A stretch of DNA of 64,000 bases from Octopus sinensis. Its lineage: Eukaryota. The DNA lies in the NCBI RefSeq assembly GCF_006345805.1, contig NC_042997.1, forward strand, positions 104,470,001 through 104,534,000. The letters are read 5' to 3'. A model generated the notes under the pieces. That model was not told the DNA's origin, did not search any database, and saw nothing but the letters and a program-made list of their open reading frames with translations. Shown here piece after piece: positions 39,307 through 52,856 of this stretch. A program made the translations under genes and the position numbers. The stretch's first letter is position 1; the number at the start of each line of letters is the position of its first letter.

Positions 39307-39943
39307 CAATATTATTATTATCGCTGTTGTCGTTATTGGTTTGGTGGTGTTATCATTACTTAAGAAGCGGTGGACCATGTCTCACTTCAATAATACAATG
39401 CATCTCTTCTTTAATTTTTTTTTTTCAGCATTTCTTTTGCATTTGTGCTGTAGTTGTTATGTATATTATGTACTGAATAATGAATTCAAAAGTGAAGTTA
39501 CAGTTACCAACAGTTAATGAAATGAATATCTAAATATCCAACTATTATGCGTGCATAAATAGTGTCATATTATTTTATTCACAAGTTATTATTAGAGATT
39601 ATAATATATACGGAAAGCTATACAAGCAATAACTCTTTGTCCTTACATCAATTGTAGGCTGAACAAATTAGCTATTCGTATTTGTTAAAAAGGTTAACTT
39701 GAGTATAAGTTCGCAGACAGGTTCGGCTACATAATGGACAACGAGTTAAATGTCTGATCATTGATTAATGCTTAAACTCCTTCACGATACCATACGGTCT
39801 TTTCATATCATTCTTCACTCATACATATGCATATATAAAGGCGCAAGGTAGCGTGAGCGTACACATACACAAACTGATGCCCACACATGCACGTATGCAC
39901 ACATTATGTACATATATGCAGACATAATACCCGAGAATATATC

Positions 39944-39981
<38 letters not shown>

Positions 39982-40052
39982 AGAGATTGTGAGAGAAAGA
40001 GAGAGAGGGAGAGAGAGAGAGAGGCGGAGACAGATAAAGAAACAGACAGACA

Positions 40053-40224
40053 TAGATGGCGTGGCTTTGTGGTAAAAAAGATTGCTTCCTAACTACACGA
40101 TTCGGGGGATCAATTACACTGCGTGGCACATTGAACGACTGTCTTCTAATATAGCTTCAGGCGGACCAAAGCCTTGTGAGTGGTTTTGGTAAACGGAAAG
40201 TGAAAGAAGCTTGTCGTGTGTATA

Positions 40225-40225
<1 letters not shown>
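40053..40225 (+). mobile_element. SINE family C head half
   Basis: ggcgtggctttgtggtaa...ccaaagccttgtgagtggttttggtaaacggaaagtgaaagaagc. Confidence 0.8.
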
Positions 40226-40305
<80 letters not shown>

Positions 40306-40598
40306 ATGGATCACCATATCTACCGCCTCTTCCTACTTGCCCCCAACCACACGACCGATATCTTGTCCACCAAACAGTCGATTTCCTGTTCAAAATGTGA
40401 TATTTTTCATCTAACTTCTGTCACTGAATTACCGACATCAATACTGCGTGACGTTTCTCGACCAGTCGCAGGCTAACGCCCAGTAATAAACATTGAAACT
40501 CTTCAATCGAACACTCATTCAGTTTCCAATGTCAGAGGACTAGCCACTTGCTTGAAACTCAGAGTACCAAGGATTCTGAATCAAACTGTTTTCATATA

Positions 40599-41851
40599 CA
40601 GGGTGTCTAAAGCATTTGAAGACATACATTTCCTGGGTCATTGCTGCATTTTTTGCTAACATTGTATAATCATTGATCCAGAAAATAATAATGGCTGACC
40701 CTCAGCTTACTCAAGAAATGAAGAAGCATGCTGTTATTGTGATTATAAAGGCCTAAACATAGGAATTTAGAAATATCTCGAATTTTAAATGTTGCCAGAT
40801 CTTTCGTCTACAATGTTTGTAAGGAGCTAGAAAATGAAGATAGAAACCTATAACCAGTATTAAAGCTTAAAAATCATTCTAAAGGTTCTGAAATCATCAG
40901 AACACCTGAAGTTATCCAGAAAGTTCAACAAACGATTGATTACAATCCCAGAAAGTCCATGAGGTCAATTGCAAAATATCAGTATGTTTCAGAAGGAAAA
41001 GTCAGAAATGTGGTCCACGAAGACATCAGATATAAATCTCATATGATGAGGAAAGATCAATTCAGTTTGTCAGAAAACGCGAAAGAAAATCACTACATCA
41101 GATATAAAAGACTCTTAAACAAACTGAAAAATCTAGCAGAAAAAGATTTGATTTGGTAATTTTCAAACGAGAAAAAAAATCAAAAGATCAAAAAGTTAAC
41201 AAGAAATGACAAATAGTTATGTGCAGACCCTTCTGAAGTTCCAAGTGTTATGCATACAAAATTTCCTGCAACTGTCATGGTTTTAGAGGCTGTCGGCAAT
41301 AAAGGACATGTGATGCCTCCTTACTGCATTCCACAAGGTCTTAGCGTTAACTCTGCAGCCTACATTGAGATCGTGGAAATAATTGTTAAGCCCTGGATAG
41401 ACAGTGTATGCAATGGAAGGCCATATGTATTTTAGTAAGACTATGCACTATAACACATGGCTCTAGTGACATAGGACTGGATAACTTAAATTGTTTTTAC
41501 ATAACCCCTAACATTTTCCATCCTAATTCCCCGGATCTCGATCCATTGGACTTTTACATGTGGAGCGTTGTTGAGAGAGAAGTCAAAGAACACAACCATA
41601 ACACCAAAAATTCTATGAAAGCTGCCAGAGTTAGAGTAATGTCGAAGATGAACCAGGACCACTTGCTTCGAGCATGTAGATAATTTAGATCTCATATAGA
41701 AGCAGCTGTTGAAGGTGGCTTTAATGAATTATATTATAGAATATAAAGTGTCTTTTTATCCTCATAGCATTTTTGATAAAGTTATTATCTATTAACATAT
41801 ATCTGTCTTTTTATAAACATAGATCTGTCCTCAAATATCTTATACACCCTG
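40599..41851 (+). mobile_element. Full-length decayed Tc1/mariner-superfamily transposon (mariner/maT-like), 1253 bp
   Basis: TA on both sides; about 28-bp imperfect TIRs (CAGGGTGT...TTTGARGACA). Transposase remnants include VMHTKFPATVMVL, WIDSVCNGRPYVF and PNSPDLDPLDFYMWSVVE (a D-type third catalytic motif). Many stop codons. Confidence 0.9.
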
Positions 41852-41953
41852 TATACATAAGAATATATGTACATACATATATACATATACATTATATAGA
41901 TACATACACACACACACATATATATATATATATACATATGCATATATACATAT

Positions 41954-42260
41954 GGGTGGATAGCTTAGACGTTACTGTGTAAAACTCACGATCGCGAGTA
42001 CCTGGTTTCAACTCCTGGAATGGGTAGTGCGTTGTGTTCTTCAGCAAATCATATAATCTCACGTTGCTCTTAATTCACTTCGACCCCTGATGATGTGTGG
42101 TACACCATGCACCTGTTCCGACAACATCATATTGTTGAAAGGTAAGAGTGAGCTTATATACAGTACAAATATTCGATCACTATAAACGAATAAATTTTGC
42201 AGATTGTTTAGCTAGAAATTGCAGAACCGTCTTTCTCGAACTATGGGTGACTGCACGACA
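41954..42260 (+). mobile_element. tRNA-derived SINE (H1 + tail T5), degenerate
   Basis: gcgttgtgttcttcagcaaatca core; tail aaattgcagaaccgtctttctcg. Confidence 0.7.
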
Positions 42261-43001
42261 TGCATTCAAGGAAACATATATTGGTTTCAGGTAAGTGTGA
42301 AACTTTAAATATTGAAGTAGCAAATGATTGTTTACGAAAGCGAGAATAGCCACACATACCATCATATACATAGATATTTATATGTCTTTATAAATGTGTG
42401 TGTGTGTGTATGGCGTATGAGCATGTGTGTGTGTGCGTGTGTCCCCCTGTGTGTGTGTGTGCTTAAGTGTGTGCTTAAGTGTGTGTATGTGCGTACAAAG
42501 ACGAAGAAACATGTACAAACTCCACACACACAAATACACCGCTGGTTGTATTTGCTGGTAAGCACAGATGTTGCCACTGTCAATGAAAAATTACTCAATA
42601 GAAAACGATAGTAGAGTGTATATATTTTTATTAATCTGATAAAATTTGACATTTACAAGATTGCCATCTCGTTTCGTCGACGAGCCGTAGGCAAAACCAG
42701 ATGACTATCTTGTAAGTGACAAATTTATCAGATTAATATAGAAGTATATATACATGAAGAGGGAGAGAGAGAAACAGACAGACAGAGATACACATGCATA
42801 CACACACACGTGTATATATATATGCATTCCAGTACATAGTTATAAAATATATGGACCATACATAAATATGACAGATATAATATATATATACATATATAAT
42901 TGTAAGTATCTATGAAAGTATGCATAGTTGTATACAATATACAGGTAGGTATAAATGAATCGTATATAATATAAGCTTATTTGTATTTACATAGAAATAT
43001 G

Positions 43002-43038
<37 letters not shown>

Positions 43039-43053
43039 ATTACATATATGTAG

Positions 43054-43127
<74 letters not shown>

Positions 43128-43138
43128 CACACACATAT

Positions 43139-43182
<44 letters not shown>

Positions 43183-43436
43183 ATAATATATATATAGAGA
43201 GAGAGAGAGAGATTGGGGAAACAAAGAAAGACTGAAAGACAGAAAGAGAGACGGACTGAAGAAGCGACAAAGAAGTTATAATAAGCAATTCTATTTTGAC
43301 ACTTTGACAATTGAAGTTAAGATTACGAAATCATACGTTTACATTTACACACATGACTGCACACAAACACTCAGACACAGAGACACAGGTACAGACACAC
43401 GTACACATACATCCACAAACACACATACGCACAAAC

Positions 43437-43483
<47 letters not shown>

Positions 43484-43657
43484 CATACATATACATATAT
43501 AATATAAAATACATATACATATACATATATGATATAATATAAAAGTTGCACGAAACCTTGAGGATGCAGTGAGGTAAGGTCTCAATTCAATTGCCATAAG
43601 GCACCAAAATCAAAGAAAATAATGGTATGCATCTATATATATATATAAAAAAAATAA

Positions 43658-45401
43658 ATAAAAATTAGAACTTTAGTCAATGAATACCAGGACTCCTTTA
43701 CAGATAAGGAGAAATACTATCTATGCAACTCACGAACCAAAGAAAGCAATTTTTATGGATTACCTAAAATTCATAAAAGCTCTGAAATACAGAGAGCCAT
43801 AAAGGAACGGAGGAACCACTATATAAGAATACAAAGGCCTGCAGACCTCACAATGAGACCAATAGTGGCAGGACCCCAGGCACCAACACAACAACTAACC
43901 CACTTCATAGATATACTCCTCAAACCTTTATGCCCACAGATACCAAGCTACATAAGGGATGACATAGACTTCCTCACACACATTCCAAATACAGTCCCGA
44001 AAAACACCATACTTGCAAGCTTTGATGTCACAAATCTATACACAAACATACCACACACCCTAGGTCTAGAAGCTATAAAACAATCAATAGAAAAATACAG
44101 AGAACTTATACATGAACGCTTCAAGACAAACTTTATTACCCAAGCCACCCAACTAATACTCGAAGAAAACACATTCTCATTCAACAACAAGACATACCGA
44201 CAGATAAAAGGCACAGCTATGGGTACAAAATTCGCACCTTTGTATGCCAACCTAGTGATGGGTTTCCTGGAGAACAAACTATATGATGAAATAGGGAAAG
44301 TCTTCGAACACGACTTCAGAGAAGACATCAAGAAAAAGTGGAAACGCTACCTCGATGACTGCTTCATCTTTTGGAACAGATCAGAAGAGGACCTACGAAC
44401 ATTCCACAACATCCTCAATACGCTGCACCCATCTATCAACTTCACAATAGATATCAGCCACAACGAACTTCCCTTCCTAGACATCAACATCAAAATACAC
44501 AACTCCATCGTCACAACAGACATCCACTACAAAAAACTGACACACCAATACTTAAATTTCCACTTCTGCCACCCATCCCACACAAAAAGAAACATTCCAT
44601 ATAGTATGGCAAGACGAATATGTAGCATAGTAACTGATTCACAAATACGACTAATAAGACTAGATGAACTCAAAAACTTCCTCCTAGAGCAAAAATACCC
44701 CCTTAAACTAATAGAAAATGGAATCACAAGAGCATTAAAACTAGACATCGCAAAACTCAGGACACCCAAAACAAAAAACAAAGAAAACACTATCTCTTTT
44801 ATAAACACACACAACCCTGGAGTTACCAACATCTTCCAAACCATACATTCAAACCTACCAATAGCCTTACAAAGCCCCAAAATGAAAAACATATTAAACA
44901 AATATAGCATAAAAAACAGTAGACGACTGGACAAAAACCTAAAGAAACACCTAACAAGAGCGAAATTCTCTTCAGAAACTAAAACGGAATTCTTTGCAAA
45001 AGAGTGCGGAGATGGTAGATGTGGGATCTGAAGCAACCCCACCTACAAATACATAGAGGGAAACAGAGAGATGAGATTTAAAAATGGTGACATATTCAAA
45101 GTAAATGCAGATATGAACTGCAAGACGCAGAACGTCATATACTGCATAACCTGCCACACGTGCAAGGAGAATTACGTAGGTGAAACTGATAATTCTTTGT
45201 GCCAGAGAGCCAGGATTCCCCGACAACATATTCGGCAGGAAGAACTACGCAAAATACCACTAAGTACACACCTAGCTACATGTGGAGAATGAAAATTTAA
45301 GATCTTTCCCTTCTACAAATGTCCGAAGAACGACACCTCTTTCAGGAGGAATATGGAAAAAATATTTCATAGCTAAGTTCTCCCCCAAATTAAATGGCTG
45401 A
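43658..45401 (+). pseudogene. 5'-truncated Penelope-like element ORF (RT + GIY-YIG endonuclease)
   Basis: Frame open from 43658: FYGLPKIHK, RPIVAG, SFDVTNLYTNIP, GTAMGTKFAPLYANL, RYLDDCF, LPFLD, then NVIYCITCHTCKENYVGET. In-frame TGA at 45029-45031 and 45290-45292 and a +1 slip near 45360; the restored end is KYFIAKFSPKLNG*. Confidence 0.95.
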
Positions 45402-46169
45402 AACTTTACTCATCATACATTGAAGGACAAATCTCTCTCTATATATATATAGTTATATAAATATGTATATAGGCATACATACGTATATATATATATATAC
45501 CTACATACATACGTAAATATATTTACATACATATGTGATTGTATGTGTCTGTGTTTTTGTGCGTGTGTATTCGCATATAATTCATTGAAACATACACAAA
45601 ATAAAAGACACAGTCATTGGCAGACACACAATCACACACATACTCTTTAATACTCCTCTGTATGTATTTTTATGTAAATAAAGTCAGTCGGGCATTGACC
45701 GGAAGATTATTCGATACATTTAGATAAAATATCGATTAGTTTTGAGAACAAATATTCTTATATTGACTTTCAGTTTCATCGTTTACTATCTTCGTCAGGC
45801 TTTGTTATTTTATTTCCATTTCAGTCTGAGCTACATGGACAGTCCAGTGTGTTTTGTATAGTTGGCGTTTTTAATGGATCTTGTTGAAATACAAGTAATC
45901 ATGTTAAATTACGACCTTTACCAGTTCTTGCAATAGCAGCATCAGTCTTCTGTCTTCCATCCGTCTTGAATACGGCTACATGTTTCAGAGATGTTCTGGT
46001 ATCATGCAGAGTGCACGGCGAAGACTTTGTTGAGATGACCAATGTCTTAGAATGCGATCCTCAGAGGAGAAGCGGTTGATAAAAATATAACGAATTCGCT
46101 CTCATCAATCCATAAATTCATTCAGGAATGCTGGGTAATGATTAGGAGATTTCGTTCGCGACTACAAAC

Positions 46170-46480
46170 TGGTGAAATTGGATTCTTTAGAATGGTCTCT
46201 GGAGTAACCTTACTCGACAGGTGCGCCGCTCAGCGATCAGGGGCTCTGTCCATATCGAGCTGATTCTTCTCTGCATTATTTTAAAGCTGACCCAGTCGAC
46301 AGGAGACCTAGTGGTAGAGCAAGAATGAGATGTTTGCATAATATGCATAGCCTCGTTTGATCATGATTGGGAATCAAGCCATAAAATCTAATGACTTTTG
46401 CTCCTGATAGGCAACTTTTGAGAAGATGCCTGAGAACTTTGCCCCAACGACGGTGATACGGAGACAATGGATTAAGTAAC
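46170..46480 (+). mobile_element. RTE/Expander-like LINE 3' end, decayed
   Basis: GEIGFFRMVSGVTLLDR and RRPSGRARMRCLHNMHSL resemble the RTE C-terminal EMRFLRxxxGVTxLDR and RPRGRPRxRW motifs. Confidence 0.65.
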
Positions 46481-47104
46481 AGGAGGACTACCTGTTGTTT
46501 GTGCTCCATTAGCGGTGGTATGCTGCAGTATTTAAACCAGGCAAGCAGTTTGAGGGACATCTGTTGAATTGAATGCATTCGTTATTGGATGCTAGATTCA
46601 TTCTGCCGCTTCACAGCTAGGTGCGTTTTGTGGAACTCAATGTATTGCGAGTATGCAAACTAGGTCTTTAGTTGGAGTAATGTATCAAAGTCGTATATTA
46701 CCTGCCGTACAATGCATCTTGGTTATACTATAATAAATCATGTGCACTGCTACTGTCGTCTGAGTGACCCTTAAAGTTATTTCCCTATAGCGGAAGCTTG
46801 TTTTGTGATAGTCCCATAATAGTCCCATGGCACATAACTGTCAAATAAAGCAATGGCATTACAAAATCTTCCCTTTTACGAAATAATTTCATATTAACTA
46901 TTTGATAAACAATCTCACTAAGGTACTTATTGTTTAATATTCGCAAGAAATGCATTATTCACTGATTGTTTGGTTTGTTAATCTTGGAAAGATTATTTAC
47001 GCTATTAGATTCTAAAGCAGTGTGAAACGAAATTTAACGATGTATTAAAATGTTTCTTTTTTATCGTACAGTTAACTGCAGTTAAGTAACAAAAGAAGCA
47101 GCAT

Positions 47105-47142
<38 letters not shown>

Positions 47143-47152
47143 TAGTAGTAGT

Positions 47153-47190
<38 letters not shown>

Positions 47191-47247
47191 TAGTAGTGGC
47201 AGCAGCAGTGGTAGTAGTAGTAACAGTAGTAGTAGTCGTAGCAGCAT

Positions 47248-47580
47248 GTGAAGGCGCATGGCTCAGTGGTTAGAGCTTACGATCGTGAGGTTGTGTGTTC
47301 GAATCCCGGACGGGGCTGCTTGTTGTGTTCTTGAGCAAGACACTTTATTTCACGTTGCTCCAGTCCACTCAGCTGTAGAAATGAATTGCGACGTCACAGG
47401 GGCCAAGCCGTATCGGCCCCTTTGCCTTTCTCTTGGATAACACTGGTGGCATGGAGAGGGGAGGCCGGTATGCATGGGCGACTGCTGGTCTTCCAGAAAC
47501 AACCTTACCCGGACTTGTGGCTGGGAGGCTAACCTTCTGGGTGTAATCCCATGGTCAGTGTCGTGATCGAAAGGGGTCTC
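47248..47580 (+). mobile_element. tRNA-derived SINE (H1 + tail T2) within an (AGC/AGT)n tract
   Basis: gtgaaggcgcatggctcagtggttagagc head, gttcgaatccc B box, CORE-like segment; triplet repeats on both flanks. Confidence 0.9.
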
Positions 47581-47641
47581 AGTTGCAGCAGCAGCAGCAG
47601 CAGCAGCAGCCGTAGTAGTAGTAGTAGTAGTAGTAGTAGTA

Positions 47642-47676
<35 letters not shown>

Positions 47677-48221
47677 AGTAGTAGTAGCGAATAAAAATTG
47701 TTTGCGAATAAATTTGATAGGCAAACAGTAGGATAGAATTCTGAGATGCTTTGCAAGTTATTAAATCTTCTTTCAACAACTAGAAGAATCAGAAATGATA
47801 TATGTACGCACCCATTCACAAGTATAAGCATTTTGATACGTATACATTTATACACACCAATACATATACACACACATATGTACATATACGTTTAAATATA
47901 CGTGTGATTGTGTCTATATATCTATATACATACATACACACACACACATGTGTATGTGTGTTCCAGCGTGTTCCTGCATATGTATCTGTGTATTTGTATT
48001 TGTACGTCAGTGTTTCGGAATTGTACGTTCAACAACTGAACTGATCTCCGAGCGCAAAATGAACTTTTTACAATTACATAGAAGAGGCCACATTTCGCTT
48101 ATCATTTCTCAATAGACTGGAAAGTTTTGTGTATACGTAAATGGTTAAAATGAGTATTTCATCCTAAGAAGTACATACATATATACACACTGTGGCACTC
48201 ACACAACCATATATATGTTTA

Positions 48222-48284
<63 letters not shown>

Positions 48285-48307
48285 GTGTGTGTGTGTGTGT
48301 GTGTGTA

Positions 48308-48669
48308 GTGGAGGTGAAATGGCCCAGTGGTTAGGGCAGTAGACTCGCGGTCAAAGGATCGCGGTTTGGATTCGCAGACCGGGCATTGTGAGCAAAATCA
48401 CCTAAAGCTCCTCGTGGATCCGGCAGGTGGTGACGGTGAACCCTGCTGTACTCTTTCACCACAATTTTCTCTCACTCTTTCTTCCAGTTTCTGTTGTACC
48501 TGTATTTCAAAGGGCCAGTCTTGCCACACTGTGTCACGCTGAATCTCCCCGAGAACTACGTTAAGGGTACGTGTCTGTGGAATGGTCAGCGACCTGCACG
48601 TTAGTTTCAAGAGCATGCTGTTCCGTTGATCGGATCAACTGGAACCCTCGTTGTCGTAACAGAGTGCCA

Positions 48670-48672
<3 letters not shown>
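48308..48672 (+). mobile_element. tRNA-derived SINE (H2 + tail T3)
   Basis: gtggaggtgaaatggcccagtggttaggg head; ctgctgtactctttcaccac mid-part; ctccccgagaactacgttaagggtac tail. Confidence 0.9.
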
Positions 48673-48746
<74 letters not shown>

Positions 48747-49131
48747 ATATATTTTATGTGTATATGCGTGTACATATATGTGTGTTTGTGTAAATTAGCT
48801 ATTAAGGGGCTGTATGGACAAAACTTTGTTGAATTTCAACACTGATACACGGATATCTATAAACAAAAATTATTTGCGTGGAAGAAGTTTAACCTTTACA
48901 TGATCTTATCAGCATTGGTTTTTATTACAACCATATCTATATATTTATACATACTCCATTAAAGTTAATTCCCACTCCGCATTTGTATTTTCAACACATA
49001 TAACTTACCTAGGGCGTTGAACATTTCTCTTCAGAAACAATACTTCAGATTCATAAAATATATTTTCAAGTCTGCAACGTATACTGACATTTTCACAGAG
49101 ATAGAGTGATATGTAGATAGATAGATAGATT

Positions 49132-49196
<65 letters not shown>

Positions 49197-49200
49197 GTAG

Positions 49201-49272
<72 letters not shown>

Positions 49273-50040
49273 ATAGATAGAGAGAGATGGAGAGAGAGCG
49301 AGAGAGGGAGAGAGAGACAGAGAGAGACAGAGAGAAAGACAGAGAGACAGAGAAAGGGAGAGAAACAGAGACAGACAGAAAGAAAGAGAGAAAGAGAGAG
49401 GCAGAGACAGAAGAAACGAGGGAGACAGAAAGAGTGAAAAAGAGAGGGAGAAAGTGTGAGGAAGGGTATATTTTTTTGTGTTGAAGGAATTTGCGCTTTG
49501 TGTGGTATCAAGTTTTACTTTTGAATAAACGTTAAGTTATGTGATCCTTCCAACTGAAAATTGAAAATAGGCGATAGATTGTAATCATTGTGAAAATCAA
49601 AAAGGCATATGTCAACTTCTTTCCATGACAGCAATATTTTCTTTCTTCTTTCGTGTTTGCTCACCCTCTTTACTTTACATTCTTCTGCAAACGTAGTTAT
49701 TTTTCATATGTAAAACTCGGGGGGATGTAATTGATTGATTTGTCTCAGCGATATTACTAGAATTTATAGACATCGACAATTAAACGCAGGAATATCGAGT
49801 TTTTAAATGCAAAACGTTCTTTTGAGTAAAGCGAAACTAGTTAAGTTATATTGTATTTTGGTGTTGTGTGTTTTGGTGGTCATAGTAGCAAAAAATGGAA
49901 GCGTCGATTGAAACTAGAATGATGAAACTCCAAATTTGTCTTGCAGTTAGACAACTGAGTGATTCAGTCTGAAATCTTTCCTTTAAGGAAGACTTCGTGC
50001 AAAACGCCATTGTTGAAATGCAGATTACAAAATAATGTTG

Positions 50041-50850
50041 CATGTTGAAAATGAGAAACGGCTTGCATAATTTTACATGTTATACAGATAGGTCTAGAGA
50101 TTGTATTTGTAATGTGTATGTTAGCGGATGATTTTGTCTTTTCTGCAAACACCACTCTATCAGATTGTCACTTAGACATTTAGCAACAATGCCAACTGCA
50201 CCAAATATAAATGTACTCTATTAGAAAGAACTATTAGTATACACGTGAAAACAAAATATGTGTTGAAAAGCTGTAGCTTTCCAAGAAGTCACACGTAGAT
50301 TCCTCTTTTTCTTATATTTTCAAAGAGTCATTCACATCATCAGCGCAGTTGACCTCTATGACAGTACATAATATTTCTTACCTATCCCCGGCAACGATGT
50401 CCGGTCTTTTATGTCTTCACTTGCTAGCAGTTTTGATGGGAATGTTCTGTATTGATGTTACTGTATATATTCAGTAGAAGGAGAATCGAGTAAATCTATT
50501 TTCGGTTGGTACTGAATAATGATTTAGCGACAATGTCACGAGGTTTTGCGAAGTAATACCCTTATAACATATTTTGGAATCTTCTGATTACATGTGCGAC
50601 TTATTCCACAGGAATATGACATAGTCGACATTTTTGGCTGCATCTTGGGGCTTCATAGGCATCACAGTCTCTTCTGTTTGATAGGTACTTTGTAGCAACC
50701 TCCTGTTTGTGGATTGCCAAACATTAACCTTCGAAATGTGATATGATATATCGGGCGATATTAGTGTCATCTGCAATTCTTCGGAAAACGTATACATGCA
50801 TTGTTTTGTTTTGCTTTGCTGAACATTTCACGTTTTGGTGTTTTTGGTGT
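50041..50850 (-). pseudogene. Third, heavily decayed R4/NeSL-like RLE retrotransposon fragment
   Basis: Minus strand: MHVYVFRRI...HFEG*CLAIHKQEVATKYL...KCRLC (50619-50630)...VAHVI...PRDIVAK...NIPIKTA...KRPDIV (50396-50407)...VIEV...FGAVGIVAKCL. Confidence 0.8.
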
Positions 50851-51559
50851 ATGCTAGTCTATCTGTGTTTGGTTCGATAACATATCGTCAATTAGAAAGT
50901 ACTTCCTGAGAAGATCACTGCCGACTTGTACGTTTACAGCTTTTATTTTTCCTGATGTTGTTCATCAGGTGCTGTCTGCGAGAGACTACGATATTCTAAG
51001 GATGTCAAAGGCAAGGAATTCTGTCTTCCCTGTAATTCTTAACTATTTTTCATTATTTTTTCTAAAACATCCCCTAGTAAACACGGTTATAGAGCAGGCA
51101 TACCGATGTAGACATTGGCAAAAACACACCTTTAGTTTATATAAGTAATCTCTATCATAATATATAATTTAAACATTAATGTTCTTTTATATTTAACATT
51201 CACTAAAATATCCCTTTCTATTGGCTACTTCTGACGTTATATCATATAACGTTCTTTCAAACAATATTAATAGCGTTCAGTAAATCACCATACATATCCA
51301 TCATTTTCTGTTAAAATATCTTATTAACGAGTTTCATTTCTTCACTTCCCTGAAGAGAAGATTGCATTGTTTTATACCATTTATTCTTTTGAATAATATC
51401 AGTGAAATCTTCGAAATAGGTGTCGGAATTAAAAAGTATTTGATATATACCTGCGTTAAACTTCATATATTTATTTATATATTATACAAAAAATTTCACG
51501 TAAACCCGAAGTTTCTACCTTTAAAAACAAGGAGTTACAAACTCTTTACTTGTGTGATT

Positions 51560-51630
51560 TGTTGCTACCCTGGTAACTATTTATCTATTTTCTCTGTGTT
51601 ATTTGTTAACAACGGAAAATACACTAATCT
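51560..51630 (-). repeat. Short interspersed repeat also found at 59971-60248
   Basis: Reverse complement gtgtattttccgttgttaacaaataacacagagaaaatagataaatagttaccagggtagc matches 59978-60045. Confidence 0.7.
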
Positions 51631-51698
51631 CTCTCTCTCTATATATATATATAAACACAAATATGCGTGTGTATGTGTGTGTGTGTGTGTGTGTGTGT

Positions 51699-51903
51699 CT
51701 GTATTTGTCCCTCCGCCATGTCCTGACAACCGATGTTGGAGTGCATATGTCTCCGTAGCTTAACGGGTCAGCAAAAAGGACCGACGAAATAAGTTGTAGG
51801 TTCACAAAGAATAAGTCCTGGTCGATTTCTTCCACTAAATCTCTTTAAGGTGGCGTTCCAGCATGGCCGCAGTCAAATGACTGAAACAAGAATAAAATAA
51901 AAG
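51699..51903 (+). mobile_element. SINE family C tail
   Basis: ccagcatggccgcagtcaaatgactgaaacaag terminus. Confidence 0.85.
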
Positions 51904-51924
51904 AGAAAGAGAGTAAAAAATATA

Positions 51925-52722
51925 CAGCGGTTGGACAAAATAATGGAAACACCAAGCATCATTGCATCATAACTTTAAAATATCTATAAAACCATCAAAA
52001 TCTTGTTTATTATGTTTTTTTTAAAATTTTTATTAGCGGTGCTTAATATGTTTTGTTAAAATTGCTGTTTCTTTTCAGATATAATCAGAAAAAGGTAGTT
52101 AAAATTCATTAAAAGGAGAGATCTATTGGACTTGCAAAGAGATCAAATTGTTGGTGCTCGTATGGCAGGCGCTAGCGTAACGAAAACAGCCGAAGTGTTT
52201 GATGTATCAAGAAGTAACGTCTCGAAAGCAATGAAAGCCTTTGAGAAAAAGTGAAAAACCTCCTCGTCGAAACAAAACTCCGGAACTCCGGAAGAAAACC
52301 AAAAGTTTCAGATAGGGAACGTCAGAATCTTACGCTAATTGTTAGAAAGGATCACACAAGTGCAGCTACCAGAATTACTGCAGAGCTTACTGACCACCTC
52401 AAGGACCCAGTTTCCGAAAAAAACTGTTCGCCGGGAGCAGCAAAAAGCCGGGTTTCACGGGTTGGTTGCAATCAGAAAACGACTAATTTCAAAAACAAAC
52501 ATTGCAAAGTGTTTAGAGTGGAGAATTGGTCCCTAGAGTTTTAGAAGAAAGTTATTTCTCGGATGAGTCATCTTTTACCTAATTTCCGACCACCGGCCGA
52601 GTATATGAGTGGAGACAGCCAAAAGAAGAATTTGATCCAGACTGCCTTCTTCCAAGTGTTAAACATAGAGGAGGATCTGTGATGATCTACGAGGCTACAT
52701 ATTGGAAATCCGCCGCCGGCTC
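51925..52722 (+). mobile_element. Tc1-like transposon 5' half, decayed
   Basis: TA|CAGCGGTTGGACAAAATAATGGAAACACC left end; QIVGARMAGASVTKTAEVFDVSRS, SGRKPK, VIFSDESSF, PSVKHRGGSVM. Truncated at (TA)n. Confidence 0.9.
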
Positions 52723-52743
52723 AATACATATACACATACATAC

Positions 52744-52856
<113 letters not shown>

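Noticed and set aside
45765-45798. Minus-strand CTGACGA...GAAAC-TGAAA-GTC hammerhead-like core
   Set aside because: Core letters are present, but neither stem I nor stem II pairs, and it is antisense to the adjacent Penelope ORF. At best a relic.
47248-47320. tRNA genes (also at 4606, 24025, 37398, 48308, 59491)
   Set aside because: A/B-box-like motifs run directly into SINE core and tail sequence, and no complete cloverleaf is evident.
50953-50972. CCTGATG/CATCAGG hairpin giving CTGATGA...GAAA on the minus strand
   Set aside because: No stem I or III, and it lies beside decayed RLE-element coding sequence; consistent with chance.
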